A stretch of 19,453 nucleotides of DNA from Amoeboradix gromovi X-113 (lineage: Eukaryota; Fungi; Sanchytriomycota), in assembly GCA_018985225.1 (NCBI GenBank), contig JADGIF010000108.1:1-19453 (forward strand), written 5' to 3'. The position numbers and the translations under genes were made by a program. Under the pieces are notes generated by a model that did no database searches, was not told the DNA's origin, and saw only the letters and a list, made by a program, of their open reading frames with translations. This document shows positions 8,841 through 16,816 of the stretch, one piece after another (positions within the stretch are counted from its first letter, which is position 1; each line of letters begins with the position of its first letter).

Positions 8841-9605
8841 TTAAATTACTTGTACGCTAGCTATGTTGCTAGATAACCTTCCATTTGGTGTCTGAAATTG
8901 TACTTGAATGGAGTATGTTTGGTCTTGGTCCAATCCAACTAAAATACAATTAGAAGCAACACATTCAAAAGGTTTTCTATAAACAACGTCATTTATAAGA
9001 ACTTGAGCATTTTGAACAAGAAAACTGTCATAATTAGTGAATTCAATCTGGACTGCATGTCCACGAGCTAAGCATTTGATGACAGGATCGGTGGCCGTGT
9101 CTGAGTATTTTGCATTTATTTCGTCTTGCACAGATTTAAAATCGTCTAACAACAATAATTTGCGCTCCTTGTTGACTGATATGTTTAGATCAAAATACAT
9201 GCCTTGTTTTATGAACAAAGGCAAGAGCGAAATGGGCCATTCTATAAGATGCATGTCATTTGTCAGTAGAATAGCAATTCCCGCATCCAGTTTAGATACA
9301 TAAACTGAGTTGTTGTTGTGCAACTTAGGATCTGGAGCAGAGGTAATTGGAAAAGAAGCATTAATTGGACTTGATGATTTTATAGACAAAGTCATGTCTG
9401 ATTGTGGGTGCTCATTTATAACTTCATCTATAATAGGAGATTGTGGACCGTACTTAGCAGATTTCGTTGATAGTGTTGGGGATGCAGAATTACCGGACTT
9501 GGGTGAAGAGTGATGAGAATTTTCAGATGATTCATTGGCAGTTATGTCAACAGAAACTTGTAAGTCCGTGTTATTATCAACGATAACTAATTTATCAGGA
9601 TCCAT
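8841..9605 (-). CDS. CHS5: Exomer scaffold Chs5-like protein (CHS5_N plus FN3-like region), 254 aa
   Basis: VSKLDAGIAILLTNDMHLIEWPISLLP...F..VQDEI matches the Chs5 N-terminal domain. GLDQDQTYSIQVQFQTPNG...SN is FN3-like. Confidence 0.85.
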   Translation of the reverse strand: MDPDKLVIVDNNTDLQVSVDITANESSENSHHSSPKSGNSASPTLSTKSAKYGPQSPIIDEVINEHPQSDMTLSIKSSSPINASFPITSAPDPKLHNNNSVYVSKLDAGIAILLTNDMHLIEWPISLLPLFIKQGMYFDLNISVNKERKLLLLDDFKSVQDEINAKYSDTATDPVIKCLARGHAVQIEFTNYDSFLVQNAQVLINDVVYRKPFECVASNCILVGLDQDQTYSIQVQFQTPNGRLSSNIASVQVI

Positions 9606-10295
9606 ATCACCTGTCTCAAAAATTAAACACGTGGGATACTCTCTACTAATACAATGAGGTGTAATTAGGCGGCAGAAAGAAAAGAGATGTTAGGTTAGAA
9701 AGTAAAAAATCCACACTAAAGAAGTGTCCAAAAATACGGTACATAAGCGTTTTAATAATATTAAATACGTTCTAAAATTAGCACAAAAATAGTGACGACG
9801 GTTGCAACATAACAGACAGGGCCGTTGCAGTATCCGCAGTTCTTTGCTCTCGATTGTTGCGTCTGGAAAATAAAAGCTGAGTGGTAGACTGTTATTCCAG
9901 TTCACTTAGAGACGTGCCTCCAGACATCGTAACCCAGAGAGTGACCAAGGTTACATGGACACCAAAAGATAGAAATGCATTAACTTTGTTTTAACATTTT
10001 AGCAAAACGTAGCTCATAATGCTAGTTGATGGTGATAAATGACTTGCGATAAATGAATCCTATCAACCCGTCGAAAGTTTTAACTAGCACTATTAATGGA
10101 GGGCTATCAAATGATTACTAGAGAAAACATTAAAATGGTGGTCATTAGGACCTTTGTGATTTCAAACAAAGTGTTTTCTATCCAATTTGTGTACAATTAA
10201 GAGGTGCAGAAATATTTGAACTCTAATTTAACGTAAGAGATAATCGCCTCCTTCAAATATTATAAAACAAGGGGTTTGGACTTAACTGCTAGAAA

Positions 10296-11456
10296 ATGCA
10301 ATATTGTTTTGACGAATCAAAAAACATGAATGTTTTATCTGAACCTATTGAAGATTCAATACCTTTGCTTGACACTGCGCTAGTAGGGAATCATAAATCC
10401 ATCAAAGGTCAGGGGAAATGCTTTATAGGTAAAGTACTAGGAATTAGTAGGATACGGGAGGGTACAAAAACTGGGACTAAGTATTGTAGACTCATAATTC
10501 ATGATAAGTCTGCTACTTTATTATGCCTCATGTTTGGTAAACTTTGTGTAGATTTAAATAACCTAAATCTTGGCGATTTTGTTCTTTTGCGAGAATGTGA
10601 GAGACAAAGATTTAATCTTGAAAAAGAGCTCGTTCTAGATGGACTCAACTCTCAATATCAGTTAAAAATTAGAAAAAGACTAATTTTTGTACCCAAAGAA
10701 TTTATTACTGATGATGAAAGATACCCGCTTGATCCTGAATACCTCAAAGGCGTAGTTTTACATTCCTCTTTACCGTATGGCCATGAAACTTTGTTCAAAT
10801 ACCTTGTTCTCTCAACTGAGTCCGGCACTAAGTACGTTGGACTATTCAATGTGTATCAAGGATTGTTCAACTTGATAAAACCTGGAACAATTATACAGAT
10901 ATCACATCTTACATATGTTTCGCCGGATTGGTGCTGTTGCAATGACTTTACCTGGTATAAATTACGAAAAAAGAGAGCAACAATTGAGCCAGTTCTTAAA
11001 TTGCCCTATTTTCCATTTGTGCCATTCAGAGAATCTGCTAAAACTACTTCTTTAGTGAATGCAGTTAATTATAAAAGATATTCCCAAGTTGTTGAATGCA
11101 CCATAGAGGCTATTGCTGTGCCACTTAATGACAAATCTGAATGCTGGCAAGTGTATTCATTGGTGGATCATACACCCGCTACTGCGTTTGATTCTAGAAT
11201 AGAAGAATATAGTGCTAAAATAAGCAACGATCAACTAAAGTATGCTGCATTAGTTTGCTTGAAGGATGACTCAACAACCTTGGTATGTACAATGATGATG
11301 AATCTCAGTGATAGCTCATTGATAGAAAGGATAAAATCAGTGCTGCCCATAAGTCAATACTCTGATTTAGAATTAAGGCATACAATAGAGTTCACATGTC
11401 AATTGATTTATTATGAGGAGCAGTATTACATTGGGCATGTATTTGGTACGCTATGA
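10296..11456 (+). CDS. Putative multi-OB-fold nucleic-acid-binding protein (RPA1/POT1/RADX-like), 386 aa
   Basis: Long ORF with AATAAA 14 nt past the stop. FIGKVLGISR...RLIIHDKSATLLCLMFG..C...LNLGDFVLLR has the OB-fold strand pattern. A similar pattern recurs at LIKPGTIIQISHL and LVCLKDDSTTLVC. Confidence 0.6.
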   Translation: MQYCFDESKNMNVLSEPIEDSIPLLDTALVGNHKSIKGQGKCFIGKVLGISRIREGTKTGTKYCRLIIHDKSATLLCLMFGKLCVDLNNLNLGDFVLLRECERQRFNLEKELVLDGLNSQYQLKIRKRLIFVPKEFITDDERYPLDPEYLKGVVLHSSLPYGHETLFKYLVLSTESGTKYVGLFNVYQGLFNLIKPGTIIQISHLTYVSPDWCCCNDFTWYKLRKKRATIEPVLKLPYFPFVPFRESAKTTSLVNAVNYKRYSQVVECTIEAIAVPLNDKSECWQVYSLVDHTPATAFDSRIEEYSAKISNDQLKYAALVCLKDDSTTLVCTMMMNLSDSSLIERIKSVLPISQYSDLELRHTIEFTCQLIYYEEQYYIGHVFGTL

Positions 11457-12191
11457 ATGCAGTCATGTTAATAAATTGATTCTAAAGAGTTGCAATCCAT
11501 TGCGAAAGTTGCTTTTCGTCATAAAAGCTGCGACCAATTAATGATGTCTTTCTTTTCATTTTATCATGTCATTAAGTCCGTGTTGAACGCCTACGTTAAA
11601 TGTGAAGAATTCGAAAATCAAAAAGATTTCAAACCCCACACTTCTCAAGTGTAGACAACTTGGGGAGATACCATTTGAGCATGTTCTTGCCTACATTATT
11701 TGAATGGTCGCAACTCTAATGAACTTTGAGTTCTTTTCATTTCGCATATTCTGATGCGATAAAATTGCTCCAAGTCGTAGATCTGCAAATTGTTGAATGG
11801 TGACGAAATACCAGTACCAATAAAAAGATGTCCTATGATATTGAGAGTTGTTTATTTTGTCTTTTTCACTTTCACGCCAACGGTGAACATATATTTCAAG
11901 TATATCAAGCTTGCTGCAGTATGGGCTCTACCTACTTTTTATGACAGTTTGTACATTTATACCTTTCCGAATTGGCTCTCTACAGCGCAACAGAACGTTT
12001 TTAGAATGGGCACAAGGTATGATTACACTGATGTGAGTATTTCTTTGGTGGGGCAACGTAAGCCTAATTCGAAAGCATCTTCTTTCCGTCTAGGATCTAG
12101 ATTTGCACCTGTATAATTTTCATAGAAAATTTTCTAAATATTTAGAACACGAAAGTAAAAATCTGGAGTAAAACCAATCACTGGAATTTCA

Positions 12192-13664
12192 ATGGATCGC
12201 AATTTATTTCTCTTTAAACAAGTGATTCAAATATCTAAAGATTATAAAAGGAATTACGTTAAAAATGGGGATAATCATGAATTACATTTAAGAGGTGCAA
12301 ATGAGTTGTTAAAAATAGCCGAACATAATAGGGGCGTGTACATTAAAATAGGGCAGCATATATCGTCGTTGGTATACTTAGTACCAGACGAATACATTAG
12401 CACCCTGAGTGTTTTGCAGGATAGATGTCCCCAATCTGATTTAGCAAGCATTGGTGACATGGTTAAAGAGGAAACAGGAAAACCGCTGTCAGAATTATTC
12501 AAGGGCATTGAAAGAATTCCGATTGGGACTGGGTCTCTTGCCCAAGTACATAGATGTAATGAATTTGCAGTCAAGTTCCAACACCCGTCATTGGTCAAGT
12601 ATGCAGAGCAGGACATGTATTTTGTGAGTAAAGTAGCAAAATTTATTAAGTACGCCTTTCCTTCGTTTAATTTGATGTGGCTGAGTGAGGAAATGAATCA
12701 TAATCTTCCAAATGAAATGGACTTTCGTATTGAAGCAGAAAATTCAGAGAGATTGAGAGGAAATTTCTTTGGACACCGATATAAAGTGATGAACGAGCCC
12801 AGTTTTAACAATTTTTGCAAATACAAATGCAATCAGTTACCATCATTTGGGGGTATCACGAAAGTACTAAAGATACCGAAAATTCATTTCGCAACAAAGC
12901 GGGTGCTCTGTATGGAATTTATGCAAGGAGCTAAATTAAATGACTCAGAATATCTCAGAGCGCATAGAATAGAACCACATCAAGTTGCCAGATCCTTGTC
13001 TTATCTCTTTGGAAACATGATCTTCGTTAATGGTTTTGATCTACATTGCGACCCTCATTTGGGAAATATAATGATCCAGTCTCGGCCGTATAAAAGTTTT
13101 CTCCATTCATTCTATAACTACATAACTGGCACACCTAATTTCTATTTGATTCTCTTGGATCATGGGCTGTACAGGGAACTTTCAACAACGTTTAGATCCT
13201 CTTACGCCTACTTGTGGCGTGCGTTAGTGTCTGGGAACGAAGATGATATTAAGTCGTGGTCGTTCAAAGTCGGAGGTGTAGATTCGTATAGACTATTCAG
13301 TAGCATGTTGACTGGTAGAAGTTGGGAGACCATTACTACAGAATCTCTGAACTCAGAAAGAACAGCAAGAGAACAAGCTGCAATTGCCAGGGCGAACATA
13401 TATATTGAGGATATTGCCAGTATCTTAGCTACAGTTCCACGAGAATTGCTGCTAATATTAAAAACAAATGACCTGTTACGAAATGCCGACTATTATTTAA
13501 ATTGCGGACCATATTTTTCTTATTTTACGCTAATGAGACTTGTCAACTACAATATATATAGGCAAGAACTAAATTATTTTCGCTTTATTCAACAGGACCT
13601 CAAGTGGAGGTTTTATGATTACAGCCTTGGGCTCTATTACTCTATGAGAAACTCATTTAAATAA
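12192..13664 (+). CDS. ADCK1: ABC1/UbiB atypical kinase, ADCK1 (yeast Mcp2)-like, 490 aa
   Basis: GVYIKIGQH, LQDRCP, PIGTGSLAQVH, AVKFQHP, EMDFRIEAEN, LHCDPHLGNI, LLDHGLY and LLLILKTNDLLR. Confidence 0.92.
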   Translation: MDRNLFLFKQVIQISKDYKRNYVKNGDNHELHLRGANELLKIAEHNRGVYIKIGQHISSLVYLVPDEYISTLSVLQDRCPQSDLASIGDMVKEETGKPLSELFKGIERIPIGTGSLAQVHRCNEFAVKFQHPSLVKYAEQDMYFVSKVAKFIKYAFPSFNLMWLSEEMNHNLPNEMDFRIEAENSERLRGNFFGHRYKVMNEPSFNNFCKYKCNQLPSFGGITKVLKIPKIHFATKRVLCMEFMQGAKLNDSEYLRAHRIEPHQVARSLSYLFGNMIFVNGFDLHCDPHLGNIMIQSRPYKSFLHSFYNYITGTPNFYLILLDHGLYRELSTTFRSSYAYLWRALVSGNEDDIKSWSFKVGGVDSYRLFSSMLTGRSWETITTESLNSERTAREQAAIARANIYIEDIASILATVPRELLLILKTNDLLRNADYYLNCGPYFSYFTLMRLVNYNIYRQELNYFRFIQQDLKWRFYDYSLGLYYSMRNSFK

Positions 13665-13669
13665 ATCAG

Positions 13670-13879
13670 TTATTTATTACTGTATATTCTATTGTTAATT
13701 TGGCATAGCTCCAACGCTTCAACCTCCATTTCCATGTCTCTAATTCTATTGTTAATTTTCGATTGAGACTGCATAAGAATGTCACACACCTCTTTCAACT
13801 CCTGCCCGTCATTGTATTTGTATTCTAGTTTGTTTAGTTCATCTAGTGTTTTTATTAGTGCTTCTAACTTGACTTTCAT
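13670..13879 (-). CDS. Small coiled-coil hypothetical protein, 69 aa
   Basis: ATG-initiated, with heptad-like E/K/L composition. AATAAA lies directly before the stop, as in the confirmed genes. It converges on ADCK1 with a 5-bp gap. No family recognised and the 5' end is uncertain. Confidence 0.45.
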   Translation of the reverse strand: MKVKLEALIKTLDELNKLEYKYNDGQELKEVCDILMQSQSKINNRIRDMEMEVEALELCQINNRIYSNK

Positions 13880-14000
13880 TTCTAGCAGATTATGGCCTAT
13901 AAAATGTTAAGTTTGAAAAATGCGCATCCATAACTAATTTTTTAAACTTCACATTTTCATTGATCTTGCTCGCTTTGATGCGGAAAATTTATTTTACAAA

Positions 14001-14518
14001 TGGGACATCAAATATAAAAATTGGACTAACTTTCTGTAACAACTTGGAACATTATTTCAGCTTTATTACTTTATGGATTTAAGAGGCGAGTGGACATTCA
14101 GCTAGTTGCGGAGTTGACGAGTATAAAAGGAAAATAAATAACTTTTTGTATCGAAATTTCAAAAATAAATATTCTGTACAGCTATTCTCTTGCTCTTTCA
14201 TCCAATCTTTATTTCAAATAAAATATCACTATTACTCTGTAAAAACTAGAATAGATAAGAGTAATGATGTTAGTATAACATTACAAAATGGCTCTAGATA
14301 AGAGTACCGTCTAAGAAAATGCACCTTTTGCTTAGACACTCAAAGACCTCATATATTTGAAAGAGATGTAGGGCCTTGTGGTTTTATTTTAAAAAGAGGA
14401 ATACAATCAATGAGAGACTCTTGGTATAATAGAAGATCTTTTATTAATGATAGCATTCCTCCGTATGGTGCACTTCCTTTAAAAACGAGTTAGTCTAGTT
14501 TTTATATTTGGTGTCCCA
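14001..14518 (-). mobile_element. MITE-like element, copy 2 (518 bp, inverted relative to copy 1)
   Basis: TIRs TGGGACATCAAATATAAAAATTGGACTAAC (14001-14030) and GTTAGTCTAGTTTTTATATTTGGTGTCCCA (14489-14518). The interior is nearly the reverse complement of 111-575 with small indels. Confidence 0.88.
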
Positions 14519-14935
14519 GTTAGATATTGACAAAGCCAGTCCCTCCGTTACAGTGGTTGCTCGCGCTACCGCTAAACTGAGGCGCGATTAGATAAGGATA
14601 GATCCACTTCAAATTTATGTTTATTGCTACCATATAGTCTTTATCTGCTGGAAAATGACATTTTGTAATGTTTGTGTCTTCAAATTGGTTTTCTATAGTT
14701 CCATAACTATATGTCTGGCTAATTAACTCGACGAATTGCTCCGCATTTGACTTGCATTGACTGTATTTAATATCCACGAGTGATCTCTCTGAATTTGACA
14801 CATTATAGCTGTCTTGATTTGGAGAAATTCATTGTTGATGAAAAGAAAGGGTATTGGGTTTTCTGCAATTAAAGAACTCTAGAGAGTGAATACATTAGAG
14901 TAATAAATTTTTTGCAATCGCGATAAGTGGTTTAT

Positions 14936-15646
14936 TTAATTGAATTCAAGAGCCGCTCTTCCTTGACCCTTGGTTTGCTTTAAGAGATCTTGAATCTTTT
15001 TGTACGCAATTGGATCAATACTACCAAATACTTCCAGTTCTTCCTCAAGCGACTCACTTTCAATCTGAATAAGCGGTCTAATTTGTTCATAAACTTTCTT
15101 GAATTTATGAGGAACTATAACTCTCACTTTCAATTGAACTCTTTCAATCTCTAGAATTTTGTTCTCTTGTATCAGTTTGATTACTTCAATAGACTGCTGC
15201 CTTACATTCTTACTGATATTTATACTATAATGAACTTCGCCTATTGCCTTTTCAATTAACCCAAGAGAATAAGGTTTTTTCGTGGCGGGATTAACCGTGT
15301 GCTCACTAATCCAATTGCTTATTTCTTTTTGCTTCTGAGTATACTGATCCTTTCGCTCCAAGTCACCCAATTGAATATCACCCTTGAGTAGTATTTCTTT
15401 AATAATTTCATTTTCGGGCATATTAAATACTTCTAGGTCATGTTTATTTGCCACTTGGCCTTTGCTAACATTGTTGAATATGTGATCAATCTGTAAAATA
15501 TTATCCACATTATTGTCTAATCCATTTCTATAATCTGTAATTTTGTTCTTATAGCACGCCAACTCAAATCGCTTTCCACCTTTTTTGTACCTGACTACAC
15601 TAACATTTGACAATTTGACTTGATTGAGAGGTGTAAAGCGGGACAT
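14936..15646 (-). CDS. SDO1: Ribosome maturation protein Sdo1/SBDS, 236 aa
   Basis: FTPLNQVKLSNVSVVRYKKGGKRFELACYKNK, NVSKGQVA, ILLKGDIQL and VNPATKKPY. ATG at 15646. Confidence 0.97.
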   Translation of the reverse strand: MSRFTPLNQVKLSNVSVVRYKKGGKRFELACYKNKITDYRNGLDNNVDNILQIDHIFNNVSKGQVANKHDLEVFNMPENEIIKEILLKGDIQLGDLERKDQYTQKQKEISNWISEHTVNPATKKPYSLGLIEKAIGEVHYSINISKNVRQQSIEVIKLIQENKILEIERVQLKVRVIVPHKFKKVYEQIRPLIQIESESLEEELEVFGSIDPIAYKKIQDLLKQTKGQGRAALEFN

Positions 15647-15995
15647 CAAGTGCTTTAGCCAAAACTCCTATAACGTCAGACATACAATCAGAAAACTGAG
15701 TTATCTCTTTGGATAATGCCTTTTGTAGGAATCATAATGTAGATTGAAAGACTCGCTACTTGAAATTCTCGTTTTTACCACCCCAGGCATTCAGAGATAA
15801 AATAAAAGTTCTTTATAACCAGGAACATTTTGAAGATTCAACAGTACTGATATCACAATACAATGATAATAAATTAGAAAAGGGATATTTGGATACAGGC
15901 TTTCAGTAAATGAAGCATTATGATAGAGCTACATTTTTCTGCAAATAGTATGTTGAAGAGAGGATGTAGCTCCATGTATTTGAATAGAAAATTTA

Positions 15996-16775
15996 CTAGA
16001 ATCCGCCACTCCTCTTTCTACCAGTATATTTCGAATCTAAAGGTACATTTATACCTCTCTTTATGTATAAGGCCTTCTTGTTTTTTATCCATTCCTTCTT
16101 GGAGACCCCAGACTTTTTATTCCTAAGTGATTTACTGTACTGCATGCCCTGTGGCTTCGGTGTCTGCAGCAATACTTGTTCTCTAGACATTCCGGCAAAT
16201 AGAGTCAAAAAATATTTCTTTGCTTTAGTTGAATTTGGGTAATCAATTAAAAGGCCTCCAGAAAATCCAGAATTCAAGGCCTGAGAAGTTATCATTTGAA
16301 TCTGTTCATCATTCATAGGATAGAATTGAAATACTGCTCTGCCACCTCTTCTTAAAGCAGAATAACAGCTATTAAATAAAATTTCCAATCTCTTGTGGGG
16401 AGACTGCTTTCCCTTCACAGTGCAAAGCCACTGCAGCGCACTGATACTGATTATACCATCTAACGAACCGGGCCGAAAGGATATTCCATCACCCATATCT
16501 GCTAGCATGCATTCTGCTTCATTCAATTTTAACATTCCAGGTGAGATATCTACCCCGATGCTCTGAAAGCCGTTTTCTGATAGCATGTCGCTACTTAATC
16601 CTGACCCACACCCAATGTCCAACACAATCCCAGATTTTAGATTTAACAATTCGATGGCCCTTGCAGTCAGTTTTCTCTGTATATCAATAACATGCGAGTT
16701 ATTTGTGTATTTTAATGCTTCTTCATCGTTATAATATAGCTCCGGTGGAAGTATTAATTCTGGACGAGATGTCAT
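15996..16775 (-). CDS. BUD23: 18S rRNA m7G methyltransferase Bud23/WBSCR22, 259 aa
   Basis: SRPE..PPELYYNDEEA.KY, LDIGCGSGLS, ISISALQWLC, RAVFQFYP, DYPNSTKAKKYFL and DSKYTGRKR. Confidence 0.97.
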   Translation of the reverse strand: MTSRPELILPPELYYNDEEALKYTNNSHVIDIQRKLTARAIELLNLKSGIVLDIGCGSGLSSDMLSENGFQSIGVDISPGMLKLNEAECMLADMGDGISFRPGSLDGIISISALQWLCTVKGKQSPHKRLEILFNSCYSALRRGGRAVFQFYPMNDEQIQMITSQALNSGFSGGLLIDYPNSTKAKKYFLTLFAGMSREQVLLQTPKPQGMQYSKSLRNKKSGVSKKEWIKNKKALYIKRGINVPLDSKYTGRKRSGGF

Positions 16776-16816
16776 TTCTCCTTACTTTACCCGATAAATT
16801 GAAAACGGCTTAATCA

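Noticed and set aside
8832-8849. Possible 18-nt minus-strand intron GTAATTTAATAAAACAAG at the CHS5 stop
   Set aside because: It contains the AATAAA signal, and the extension would run antisense through the EPT1 last exon with no BRCT similarity.
10274-10292. Possible 19-nt intron GTTTGGACTTAACTGCTAG before the OB-fold gene
   Set aside because: The donor is atypical, the branch A is at -8, and the upstream frame has a stop and no ATG. At most a 5' UTR intron.
11645-11654. TCAAGTGTAG resembling the U2 snRNA branch-recognition region
   Set aside because: The flanking U2 sequence (GGCTAAGA before, TATCTG after) is absent.
15716-15950. Possible small spliced gene between SDO1 and BUD23 (18-nt GTAGGAATCATAATGTAG)
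   Set aside because: Splicing yields only a 9-aa peptide, and the longer open frame nearby has no start and no recognisable motif.
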